Assembly (NCBI GenBank): GCA_965651205.1
Contig: CBFGRM010000001.1
Span: forward strand, 5,621 to 69,620
Direction of reading: 5' to 3'
DNA: 64,000 bases
Source of the DNA: an uncultured bacterium
Lineage (GTDB): Bacteria; Gemmatimonadota; Gemmatimonadetes; Gemmatimonadales; GWC2-71-9
Shown here: in pieces, positions 47,035 to 55,544 of the stretch
Layout: every line of letters starts with the position of its first letter
Numbering within the stretch: the first letter of the stretch is position 1
The notes under the pieces: model-generated
Told to the model about the DNA's origin: nothing
What the model saw: the letters and a program-made list of their open reading frames with translations, nothing else
The model's database searches: none
Program-made: the position numbers and the translations under genes

Positions 47035-48675
47035 GTGAAGCGCGAAATCCTCATCTCCGGTACCCCGCGCGAGACGCGTGTGGCGATTCTGGAAGACGAT
47101 CATCTCGTCGAGCTGCTGGTTGACCGCCCCGACCGAAAGCGGATCATCGGTGACATCTACCTGGGGCGGGTAGAAGCGGTACTACCCGGAATCCAGGCCG
47201 CCTTCGTGGACATTGGCCTGGAGAAGTCGGCCTTCCTGCACGCCTCCGACCTGCTGGAGCCGGAGGACGACGACGAGGCCGAGGAACTCTCCGATGCTGA
47301 AGTGGAGATCGACGAGCCACCCGCTGTCGACGGCGAATCCGGTGATGCGACCGCGACAGCCACTGTGGTCGCCCCGCGGCGTCGCGGCGAGGGGGGGCGG
47401 CGCGAAGTCGGCGCGCGACGCGCCGCGGTCCCCGACATCTCCGAGCTGCTCAAGAAGGGCCAGACGCTGCCGGTGCAGGTGATCAAGGAGCCGATCTCCA
47501 CCAAGGGCAGCAGGGTCACCGCGCAGATCTCGCTCGCGGGCCGGTTCCTGGTCTATATGCCGTACGCGTCGCGAGTCGGCGTGTCGCGCAAGATCGAGTC
47601 GCGCGAACAGCGCGCCCGTCTCAAGGAGATGGTCGCACGACACCTGCCGCCTGATGCAGGTGGGATGATCGTTCGCACCGTGGCGGAGGGAGTCACCGAG
47701 GAGCATTTCCGGCGGGAGATCGAATCGCTGCTGGCGCTGTGGCAGAAGGTCAAGCGCAAGCAGCACTACGTCAAGAAGGCGCCGGCGCTGCTGCACCGGG
47801 AGGCGTCGCTGACTCGTGCGCTGGTGCGCGACGTGTTCTCCGCCAAGGTCGATGCTCTGTGGATCGACTCCCGGGAGCTGATGGGTGACATCGGTCAATA
47901 TCTCGAGCAGGTAGATCCCGAGCTGCTGCCCAGGGTGCACCTGTACGAGGATGCGGTGCCGCTGTTCGATCACTTCAGGATCGAGCAGGAAATCCGCGAC
48001 CTGTTCAAGCAGCGCGTCGACCTGCCCACCGGTGGCTACGTGATCATCCAGCCCACCGAGGCCCTGATCTCGGTGGACGTGAACACCGGCCGATACACCG
48101 GGAAGCGTGACCCCGAAAAGACCATCCTCCGGACCAACCTCGAGGCGGCGCGCGAGATCGCCAGGCAGATCCGGCTCCGCGACGTGGGCGGCATCATCGT
48201 GGTGGACTTCATCGATATGGAGTCGCGCACCAACCGCGAGCGGGTTCTCCAGGAACTGCGGACCCACCTGGGGCGCGACCGGGCGAGGACCCGGGCCTTC
48301 GCCGTCTCCGAACTCGGATTGGTGGAGATGACCCGCCAGCGGGTCAGGGCGTCGCTGTGGGCCTCGATGACCCGCGAATGCCCGACCTGCAGCGGCACCG
48401 GCAGGGTGTTTGCCCCCGAGGTGGTGGCCAGGCGCCTCGAACGGGCACTCAGGCGGGTCGGAGTCGAGCACAAGGAGCGCAAGCTGGCAATCAGGCTCCA
48501 CCCCGACGTGGCGATCTACCTCCTCGAGGAGGAGCCCAAGCTGGTCCAGCTCCTGGGCCGCCAGGGGTCGCTCGACCTGGAGATTCGCGACGACCCGATG
48601 CTCCGGCTGGACGAGTTCCGCCTGATGTCCCGGCCGGCCGGTCGTGACGTGACCGAACTCTACGCGGTGGCCTGA
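47035..48675 (+). CDS. rng: ribonuclease E/G family protein (catalytic domain, no scaffold tail)
   Basis: GDIYLGRV..VLPGIQAAFVDIG, VQVIKEPI.TKG, GRFLV, DVNTG, TNLEAA, GGII.VDFIDM, C.TC.GTG. Confidence 0.93.
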   Translation: MKREILISGTPRETRVAILEDDHLVELLVDRPDRKRIIGDIYLGRVEAVLPGIQAAFVDIGLEKSAFLHASDLLEPEDDDEAEELSDAEVEIDEPPAVDGESGDATATATVVAPRRRGEGGRREVGARRAAVPDISELLKKGQTLPVQVIKEPISTKGSRVTAQISLAGRFLVYMPYASRVGVSRKIESREQRARLKEMVARHLPPDAGGMIVRTVAEGVTEEHFRREIESLLALWQKVKRKQHYVKKAPALLHREASLTRALVRDVFSAKVDALWIDSRELMGDIGQYLEQVDPELLPRVHLYEDAVPLFDHFRIEQEIRDLFKQRVDLPTGGYVIIQPTEALISVDVNTGRYTGKRDPEKTILRTNLEAAREIARQIRLRDVGGIIVVDFIDMESRTNRERVLQELRTHLGRDRARTRAFAVSELGLVEMTRQRVRASLWASMTRECPTCSGTGRVFAPEVVARRLERALRRVGVEHKERKLAIRLHPDVAIYLLEEEPKLVQLLGRQGSLDLEIRDDPMLRLDEFRLMSRPAGRDVTELYAVA

Positions 48676-48693
48676 ACCCGCTGCCCCACGGGG

Positions 48694-48722
48694 TTGCGGC
48701 CATTGGTCAGATCCGCTATTCT
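48694..48722 (+). promoter_or_regulatory. sigma70-like promoter of rplU-rpmA
   Basis: TTGCGG-17 bp-TATTCT. Confidence 0.65.
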
Positions 48723-48762
48723 TCGGGGCTACGTCCCGAATTCACGGACTCGAAGGATCGTT

Positions 48763-49080
48763 ATGTACGCGATTTTCAAGGCTTTGGGCAAGCAGTTCCG
48801 CGCCGAGAAGGGTGCCACCCTGCAACTCCCCTATATGGAGGAGAAGCAGCCGGGTGACGAGCTCTCGTTCGACGAGGTGCTGCTCACGTCCAACGGCGAT
48901 ACCATCCAGGCTGGCACGCCGATCGTGTCCGGCGCCAAGGTGACTGCCGAAGTGGTCGGCCACGGCAAGGAAGACAAGATCTACGTCTTCAAGTTCAAGC
49001 GTCGCAAGAACTACCGCCGCAAGACCGGCCATCGGCAGAAGTTCACCGAGGTCAAGATTACCGACGTCGTGCTCGGGTGA
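48763..49080 (+). CDS. rplU: 50S ribosomal protein L21
   Basis: MYAI...[27 protein letters not shown]. Confidence 0.98.
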   Translation: MYAIFKALGKQFRAEKGATLQLPYMEEKQPGDELSFDEVLLTSNGDTIQAGTPIVSGAKVTAEVVGHGKEDKIYVFKFKRRKNYRRKTGHRQKFTEVKITDVVLG

Positions 49081-49088
49081 GGTGAGAT

Positions 49089-49346
49089 ATGGCACATAAA
49101 AAGGGCGTCGGCTCCAGCCGCAACGGCCGCGATTCCAACCCGCAGTACCTCGGCGTCAAGCGCTTCGGGGGCGAGACGGTCACCGCCGGATCGATCCTCG
49201 TCAAGCAGCGTGGCACCAAGTTTCATCCCGGCAAGAATGTCTTCGTTGCCAAGGATGACTCGCTGCACTCGTACATTGACGGCGTCGTCAGGTTCGAGCA
49301 CAAGAACAAGCAACGGATGAAGGTGTCGGTCTACCCGGTCGCCTGA
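49089..49346 (+). CDS. rpmA: 50S ribosomal protein L27
   Basis: [30 protein letters not shown]. Confidence 0.99.
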   Translation: MAHKKGVGSSRNGRDSNPQYLGVKRFGGETVTAGSILVKQRGTKFHPGKNVFVAKDDSLHSYIDGVVRFEHKNKQRMKVSVYPVA

Positions 49347-49369
49347 ATCGGCGCACCAGGGTGTGCAAT

Positions 49370-49405
49370 GGGCCGGCTCCCCAAGGGTGCCGGCCCTTCT
49401 TTCTT
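49370..49405 (+). terminator. intrinsic terminator after rpmA
   Basis: GGGCCGGC...GCCGGCCC 8-bp stem (plus inner CCC/GGG) followed by TTCTTTCTT. Confidence 0.8.
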
Positions 49406-49423
49406 GCCGATGCTGCCCACCAC

Positions 49424-50092
49424 TCAAGCATCCAGGCAGATTCCCGCCACCCCGAGCGCCAACAGGTCACTCGCCCGCTCAACAGGGACCGTCCAGGCAA
49501 TCACCTCCAGCGACGCCTCCTCGCACCGCCTGATCAGGTCGGTGTCGATCAACTGCCACTGTTGCCAGAGGATGCTCGCTCCGGCATCACGGCACTGCCG
49601 CTCGGGGAACACCGGATACGAGCAGGACAGCACCCCATAGCCGAAAGCCGTGTCCAGCCCGCGGAGACGCTTGATGACCCTGTGATCAAAGGAGTGGAGG
49701 TAGTAGCCCTCAGGATTGGGGCCATCGTGAAGTACCCTCAACAGCTCGCGATCCGCCGATTCGTCCAGACCCTTGGCCTCGACATAGACATCGAGTGTCC
49801 CCAGCACGGCCAGCGCCTCGCTCAAGAGGGGAATCAGGGAGCCGTCCGACAATCGCTCCCGGCGCAGCTCGGCCAGGCTGCTTTCGGCGATGACCCTGCC
49901 GCCGGCAGTGACCGGATCGTGGTGCAGGATGATCTGGCCATCGGCGGTGCTGTGGATATCGATTTCGACGCCGGTCAATCTCGGCTCCGAGATATCCACA
50001 GCGGCAGCCAGGGCGCTGATCGAGTTCTCCGGACCCCGTGAGGTGACGCCGCGATGACCGATCAGGGGTAGTGACTCGGGTGTGTAATCCAA
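49424..50092 (-). CDS. glycerophosphodiester phosphodiesterase family protein
   Basis: GHRG..PENS, EIDIH.T.DG..ILHHD, VEAK, SFD, WTV. Confidence 0.9.
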   Translation of the reverse strand: MDYTPESLPLIGHRGVTSRGPENSISALAAAVDISEPRLTGVEIDIHSTADGQIILHHDPVTAGGRVIAESSLAELRRERLSDGSLIPLLSEALAVLGTLDVYVEAKGLDESADRELLRVLHDGPNPEGYYLHSFDHRVIKRLRGLDTAFGYGVLSCSYPVFPERQCRDAGASILWQQWQLIDTDLIRRCEEASLEVIAWTVPVERASDLLALGVAGICLDA

Positions 50093-50191
50093 GTGGATCC
50101 CCTTGTGGAGACAGTGTCGACACTGTGGAAATGACTTGATGTGGCAATAGTTATCATCATTGTCTACACCGCTTTATGTACATTATCCACA
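50092..50191. other. AT-rich DnaA-box cluster (candidate oriC or DnaA-binding locus)
   Basis: Perfect TTATCCACA at 50183-50191, three 2-mismatch boxes in the same orientation and four degenerate inverted boxes; 43% GC over 50091-50190 by hand count. Confidence 0.6.
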
Positions 50192-50346
50192 AGGCGGCTG
50201 AGGCCAGACCCAGCGACAACTTTGGACCGCTTGGTCCCGGCCCGCAAGCCAGTGCAGGGTAATGGCGCAAGTCGTTGCGCGACAAGAAGACTGGCGGGTG
50301 CTACATTTCGGCTCGGTCAGCCACATATTCCTGGAGACGCCCCGGT

Positions 50347-51690
50347 ATGCGACGACTCATCGGAACCACCCTGGGTTTGCTCGCGGCCAGCGTCTCGATT
50401 CAGGCTCAGGATGCGGTGGTCTATCGCATCCCCATTTCAGGCACGATCGAGCACGGTTTGGCGCCTTACGTGGCCCGGGCAATCTCGGAGGCCTCCGCCG
50501 ATGGTGCGCGCCTGGTGGTCCTGGACATCGACACTCCGGGCGGCCGGATCGACGCTGCCGAGCGAATCGTTGACGCTGTCAGGAACTCCCCGATTGACGT
50601 CATTGCCTACGTCAACCCCCGCGCCTGGAGTGCCGGGGCGATGATCGCCCTGGCCGCCGATCAGATCTGGGTGGCGCCCGGCGGCGCATTGGGTGCGGCG
50701 ACACCTGTCGACGGATCGGGGACCAAGGCGGCCGAAAAGATCGTCAGCGCGATGCGGGCCGAGTTTCGTTCGCTGGCAGAGGCGCGCGGGCGCGATCCGG
50801 CGATCGCCGAGGCAATGGTCGATGAGTCGCTAGGGGTGGAGGGGCTTGCAGCACCTGGGCAATTGTTGTCGCTGAGTGCCAATCAGGCGGTCGAGGCGGG
50901 TTTTGCCGAGGGCCAGGCGGCCACGCTGGATGAACTGCTGGCCAGCTTCGAGCTTGCGCAGCCGCGGGTGGTCACCCCGGACGCCAATTGGGCCGAGAAC
51001 CTGGTGCGGTTCCTGACCAATCCGATGGTGGCACCGCTGCTACTTTCGCTCGGTATGCTGGGGCTGATCTTCGAGATCAAGACCGGCGCTTTCGGTCTGG
51101 GGGGACTGCTGTCACTGGGCGCCCTGGGACTTTTCTTCGGTTCATCGTACCTGATCGGACTCGCCGGATGGGAGGAGATCATCCTGCTCGGCGTCGGCCT
51201 GATCGCACTTGGTGTCGAGGCCTTCGTGTTGCCGGGCTTCGGCGTCGCCGGGATCCTGGGGGTGGCTGCCGTCAGTGGCGCAGTGGTGTTGGCGCTGCTC
51301 GGCTCCGCCCCGTCTGGAGGAGATATCACGATGGCACTGGCAGTACTCGGCGCCGCGTTGGTGATTACCGGGGCGGTGGTGTTTGCGTGGCTTCGGCACC
51401 TGCCCAATTCGGAGCGGTGGGGCGGCTTGCTGCTCAAGGGATCGGTGCATCGCGATGAGGGCTACCTGTCTGCCCCGGCGCGCGACGAACTCATCGGGCG
51501 CGTCGGTGTGGCGCTGACCGATCTGCGACCCTCCGGGACGGCGGTGGTCAGCGACGAACGGATCGACGTGGTGAGCGAAGGTGAATGGGTCCGGGCCGGT
51601 GCCGAGGTGGTCGTGGTGCGCTCGGAAGGATACAAGCACGTGGTGCGGGCAGCCCCGCAGGCAACCACAACCCCTGACGCAGGAGCTTGA
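50347..51690 (+). CDS. nfeD: NfeD-family membrane serine protease
   Basis: Signal peptide, [29 protein letters not shown] block, C-terminal OB fold ([10 protein letters not shown]). Confidence 0.93.
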   Translation: MRRLIGTTLGLLAASVSIQAQDAVVYRIPISGTIEHGLAPYVARAISEASADGARLVVLDIDTPGGRIDAAERIVDAVRNSPIDVIAYVNPRAWSAGAMIALAADQIWVAPGGALGAATPVDGSGTKAAEKIVSAMRAEFRSLAEARGRDPAIAEAMVDESLGVEGLAAPGQLLSLSANQAVEAGFAEGQAATLDELLASFELAQPRVVTPDANWAENLVRFLTNPMVAPLLLSLGMLGLIFEIKTGAFGLGGLLSLGALGLFFGSSYLIGLAGWEEIILLGVGLIALGVEAFVLPGFGVAGILGVAAVSGAVVLALLGSAPSGGDITMALAVLGAALVITGAVVFAWLRHLPNSERWGGLLLKGSVHRDEGYLSAPARDELIGRVGVALTDLRPSGTAVVSDERIDVVSEGEWVRAGAEVVVVRSEGYKHVVRAAPQATTTPDAGA

Positions 51691-51695
51691 GCAGA

Positions 51696-52691
51696 ATGGA
51701 TCAGGATTCGGCCGGACTTGCCACTCTCTTCGTGCTGGTGATCTTCGGATTCCTGGCGCTGGTCATCTTCTTCCGCTTCATCCCGATCGGCCTCTGGATC
51801 CGCGCCGCCGCGAGCGGCGTGCGGGTGCCGTTCATCACGCTTTTCGGGATGCGGTTCCGGAAGGTTGACCCGACCCGGATTGTCGACCCGATGATCACCG
51901 CAACCAAGGCCGGACTCGACCTGCAGATCAATCCGCTGGAGGCGCACTACCTGTCGGGCGGCAATGTCGCCCGGGTCGTCAATGCGCTGATCTCGGCGGA
52001 CAAGGCGGGCATCCCGCTCACGTTCAAGCAGGCGACCGCGATCGACCTCGCCGGTCGGGACGTGCTTGAGGCGGTGCAGGTGAGCGTGAATCCGAAGGTG
52101 ATCACCACGCCCAAGGTTGCAGCGATGGCAAAGGACGGCATTCAGCTCCTGGCGATGGCGCGTGTTACCGTCCGTGCCAATGTCAACCGGCTGGTCGGTG
52201 GTGCCGGTGAGGAAACGATCATCGCGCGAGTCGGCGAGGGAATCGTCAGCACCATCGGTTCGGCCGATTCGCACAAGAAGGTGCTGGAGAACCCCGATAT
52301 GATCTCCAAGACGGTGCTCGCCAAGGGTCTCGACGCCGGCACGGCATTCGAGATTCTCTCGATCGACATCGCCGACGTCGACGTCGGCAAGAACATCGGT
52401 GCCGAGCTGCAGACCGACCAGGCCGAGGCGGACAAGCGTATCGCGCAGGCGAAGGCGGAGGAGCGTCGCGCACTCGCGGTGGCGATGGAGCAGGAATACA
52501 AGGCGGAGGCGCAGAATCAGCGCGCCAAGCTGATCGCCGCGGAGGCGTCGATTCCGCTGGCGATGGCCGACGCGTTCCGCAGCGGCAACTTCGGGGTGAT
52601 GGATTACCAGCGCTATCGCAACGTCGAGGCCGACACGGATATGCGGCGTTCGATCGCCTCTGGTGACGCCACGGAAACCAGCGAGAGCTGA
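51696..52691 (+). CDS. floA: flotillin-like protein FloA (YqfA)
   Basis: [48 protein letters not shown]. Confidence 0.95.
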   Translation: MDQDSAGLATLFVLVIFGFLALVIFFRFIPIGLWIRAAASGVRVPFITLFGMRFRKVDPTRIVDPMITATKAGLDLQINPLEAHYLSGGNVARVVNALISADKAGIPLTFKQATAIDLAGRDVLEAVQVSVNPKVITTPKVAAMAKDGIQLLAMARVTVRANVNRLVGGAGEETIIARVGEGIVSTIGSADSHKKVLENPDMISKTVLAKGLDAGTAFEILSIDIADVDVGKNIGAELQTDQAEADKRIAQAKAEERRALAVAMEQEYKAEAQNQRAKLIAAEASIPLAMADAFRSGNFGVMDYQRYRNVEADTDMRRSIASGDATETSES

Positions 52692-52696
52692 TCCCG

Positions 52697-53284
52697 GTGG
52701 AACTCGAACCGCTCGTAATCTTCGGGATCATCTACGCGATCCTGTCGGTGGTCGGCGCCGTTACCAAGGCCGGCAAGCGATCCCGGGCCGGTCAGCGTCC
52801 GCAGCCCGCCCGGCCCCGGGCGGAGCGGTCGGCACCTGGCACCTTCGACGAATTGCTCGAGGAGATGCGGCGTCAGGTCGAGGGCTTGCAGGACCAGCAG
52901 CATCCCGATTCGATCGAGGCGGGGCAGTGGCAGGAAACGGATGCAAGCCAGGACGATTCGTGGGCTGGCGATCCTGCGGTGGTGTCCACCGAAACCGAAA
53001 TGGCCGAATGGGATCGGCTCGGGCACGACCCGGAAGCCGAGGCGGAACTGCTGGTGCAGCAACGGATTGCCGCGGCCCTCGAGCGCAATCGATTCCGCCG
53101 GGAGCAGGAGGAGCACCGCGCCCGTCTGGCGGCCCGTGAACGGAAGCAGTTGCGGCAGTCGAAGCCGCAACGAGTGGCGCCGAAGGCAATTTCGTTGCGG
53201 GATGCGATGGTGTGGCGCGAGATACTCTCGCCCCCGGTGGCGCTGCGCGACCCTCAGGAGCGGGCGGGGAACTCCTCGTTGTAG
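52697..53284 (+). CDS. YqfB-like hypothetical protein
   Basis: N-terminal TM, charged linker, C-terminal LRDAMVWREILSPPVALR; third gene after nfeD-floA as in Bacillus yqeZ-yqfA-yqfB. Confidence 0.7.
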   Translation: MELEPLVIFGIIYAILSVVGAVTKAGKRSRAGQRPQPARPRAERSAPGTFDELLEEMRRQVEGLQDQQHPDSIEAGQWQETDASQDDSWAGDPAVVSTETEMAEWDRLGHDPEAEAELLVQQRIAAALERNRFRREQEEHRARLAARERKQLRQSKPQRVAPKAISLRDAMVWREILSPPVALRDPQERAGNSSL

Positions 53285-53808
53285 CGGGCGATCGCCTCGT
53301 CGATCGCCTGCAGCGCACCATCGCGCTCCTCGAACCCGCGACTCTCGGTGCGGGTGCCCTCAAGGTCCTTGTACACCAGGAAGAAGTGCTCGATCTCCTT
53401 GAGCGCGTGTTCGGGGAGATCGGAGAGGGAACTGATCTTCCGGTAGTATGGATCGGCCACGGGCACCGCGATGAGCTTCTCGTCTTCCTCGCCCCGGTCC
53501 ACCAGGCGAAACACTCCCACCGGCCGTATCTCGATGAGGCAACCTGTGAAGGTCGGCTCGGTCATCAGCACCAGCACGTCGAGCGGGTCACCGTCGCCGG
53601 ACAGTGTCCGGGGCACGAAGCCGTAGTCCCCGGGGTAGTGGACCGAGGAGTGGAGCACCCGGTCGAGCCGGAAGACCCCGAGCTCCTTGTCGAGCTCGTA
53701 CTTGTTTCGTTCGTGCTTGGGGATCTCGATGACGGCGGTGACGGCATCGGGCGGGGCGCTGCCCGTCGGGATGTCGTGCCAGGGGTGGAAGGGCCGGGGT
53801 GATATCAT
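53254..53808 (-). CDS. ppa: inorganic pyrophosphatase (family I)
   Basis: IEIPK..RNKYE.DK, YPGDYGFVPRT, DGDPLDVL, DEKLIAV, FF..YK.LE. Confidence 0.97.
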   Translation of the reverse strand: MISPRPFHPWHDIPTGSAPPDAVTAVIEIPKHERNKYELDKELGVFRLDRVLHSSVHYPGDYGFVPRTLSGDGDPLDVLVLMTEPTFTGCLIEIRPVGVFRLVDRGEEDEKLIAVPVADPYYRKISSLSDLPEHALKEIEHFFLVYKDLEGTRTESRGFEERDGALQAIDEAIARYNEEFPARS

Positions 53809-53814
53809 CGCAAC

Positions 53815-53820
53815 AAGTTA
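53815..53820 (-). promoter_or_regulatory. -10 element of a probable leaderless ppa promoter
   Basis: TAACTT exactly 6 nt upstream of the ATG; no SD. Confidence 0.45.
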
Positions 53821-53863
53821 ACGCAGGATGCACTCGCAGGGGCAGCGTTGCGCCCGGTCCCCG

Positions 53864-53872
53864 TGCTATCTT
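53864..53872 (+). promoter_or_regulatory. extended -10 promoter for tRNA-Leu
   Basis: TGCTATCTT (TGn + TAnnnT) 11 nt before the tRNA. Confidence 0.5.
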
Positions 53873-53883
53873 TTCCCTCCTTG

Positions 53884-53966
53884 GCCCGAGTGGCGGAATG
53901 GCAGACGCAGCGGACTCAAAATCCGCAGCCGGCAACGGCGTGTGGGTTCGACTCCCACCTTGGGCA
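53884..53966 (+). tRNA. tRNA-Leu (CAA), CCA not encoded
   Basis: Acceptor GCCCGAG/CTTGGGC, D arm TGGCGGAATGGCAGACG, anticodon stem GCGGA-CTCAAAA-TCCGC, long variable arm, GGTTCGACTCC T arm; discriminator A followed by CT. Confidence 0.97.
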
Positions 53967-53973
53967 CTGGCGA

Positions 53974-54012
53974 CGGCTGACTGATCGAACGGGTCGGGCA
54001 GCCGGGTTTATC
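53974..54012 (+). terminator. possible terminator/processing hairpin after the tRNA
   Basis: CGGCTG/CAGCCG outer stem with inner G-U-containing stem, followed by GGTTTATCTT. Confidence 0.45.
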
Positions 54013-54064
54013 TTCGACGCCATCCTGGCTGCAGGGCCGGACCGACACCCTCCATCGGACTTCT

Positions 54065-55540
54065 ATGCCTCTCCAAGCATCGCTGCGGGCCGCCGACGCG
54101 GTCGCCCACGACAGTCAACTCCTGATCGTTCCAGTTGCCGCTTCCCCCAGCCTGCCCGGGACGCTCGCCGCGCTGGACGGTGTGACCGGCGGCGCCATCG
54201 CCACCGCCTGGCGACACGGCGATTTCACCGGCAAGCGCGACGAGACGGCGCTGTTCTACCGGAGCGACGACGGTCGCCGGATCCTGCTCGTCGGGATGGG
54301 TGACCCCACCAAGCTGAACCGTCGGGGGGTTCGTCGTGCCGCGATGATCGGTGGCAAGCGCGCCCGGACAATCGGCGTGTCGGCGCCCGCGGTGGCGATG
54401 CCGGAGACCACCATTGCACCGGCCGAAGTGGCCCAGGCGATTGCCGAGGGAGTGGCGTTCGGGGCCTGGCATTTCGGCGCGCTCAAGAAGCCCGCGGATC
54501 CGCCCAAGGATCCGGTCGAGCGAGTGGACATCATCGTCGCCGCCATCACTGCAGAGATCGAGGCGGGCGTCGCGCGCGGCAACGGGATCGCTGCCGGCCA
54601 GCGCCTCACCCGTGAGCTGCAGGTGCTGCCGGCAGACACCTGCACACCGGCCTTCATCGCCGGCCGTGCCCAGGAACTCGCCACGCGCCACGGGATGAAG
54701 ATCACGGTGCTCGACCGGGCCGATCTGGAGCGCGAGGGGATGCAGGCGATCCTGGCGGTCGGCAAGGGCAGCGCCAACGAGCCGCGCTTCATAGCGATCG
54801 AGTACGAAGGCGCCGAAGCCGCGCCGGTGGTGCTGGTGGGCAAGGGTGTCACCTTCGACACCGGCGGCATTTCGATCAAGCCGGCCCAGGGTATGGAAGA
54901 GATGAAGTATGATATGTCGGGCGCCGCCGCAGTGCTCGGCACGTTCGAAATGCTCGGGACACTGCGCCCGGCGATCCGCGTTGTGGGGCTGATCCCGAGC
55001 GCAGAGAATATGGTTTCAGGCAATTCGTACCGCCCGGGAGACGTGGTCGGATCACACCTTGGCAAGACCATCGAAGTGCTCAACACCGACGCCGAGGGCC
55101 GGTTGCTGCTCGCCGATGCACTGTCGTGGGCGCGACGTTACCAACCGGCTGCCGTGGTCGATTGTGCCACGCTCACCGGCGCTGTCGTCATCGGTCTGGG
55201 ACACACCGCGACTGCGGTCCTGGGCAACGATGAAGGACTGATCGCATCGCTCACGGCAGCCGGTGAAGCTTCGGACGAACGGGTGTGGCCGCTGCCGATG
55301 TGGGACGAGTATCACGAGCTGATCAAGAGCGACATAGCCGATATGAAGAACACCGGCGGTCGGGCGGCCGGTACCATCACTGCCGCGTGGTTCCTGCGGG
55401 AATTCGCCGAGGGGTATCCGTGGGCACACCTGGACATCGCTGGCACCGCATACACCGATCGCGACCAGCCCACCCAGGCCAAGGGGCCGACGGGAGTGCT
55501 GGTGCGGCTCTTCAGCGAGTTTCTCCTCGCACGGAGCTGA
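54065..55540 (+). CDS. pepA: leucyl aminopeptidase (M17)
   Basis: VGKGVTFDTGGISIKP, MKYDMSGAAAV, NTDAEGRL.LAD, ATLTGA, HLDIAG. Confidence 0.97.
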   Translation: MPLQASLRAADAVAHDSQLLIVPVAASPSLPGTLAALDGVTGGAIATAWRHGDFTGKRDETALFYRSDDGRRILLVGMGDPTKLNRRGVRRAAMIGGKRARTIGVSAPAVAMPETTIAPAEVAQAIAEGVAFGAWHFGALKKPADPPKDPVERVDIIVAAITAEIEAGVARGNGIAAGQRLTRELQVLPADTCTPAFIAGRAQELATRHGMKITVLDRADLEREGMQAILAVGKGSANEPRFIAIEYEGAEAAPVVLVGKGVTFDTGGISIKPAQGMEEMKYDMSGAAAVLGTFEMLGTLRPAIRVVGLIPSAENMVSGNSYRPGDVVGSHLGKTIEVLNTDAEGRLLLADALSWARRYQPAAVVDCATLTGAVVIGLGHTATAVLGNDEGLIASLTAAGEASDERVWPLPMWDEYHELIKSDIADMKNTGGRAAGTITAAWFLREFAEGYPWAHLDIAGTAYTDRDQPTQAKGPTGVLVRLFSEFLLARS

Positions 55541-55544
55541 CCCG

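Noticed and set aside
48722-48740. TTCGGG-N7-CCCGAA inverted repeat at the rplU promoter, resembling the lexA half-site
   Set aside because: Inverted rather than direct geometry, single copy, and rplU is not an expected SOS gene; more likely chance or a local hairpin
53884-54065. tRNA-Leu as an integration site for an island or prophage
   Set aside because: No integrase, no duplicated tRNA 3' end, and housekeeping genes on both sides
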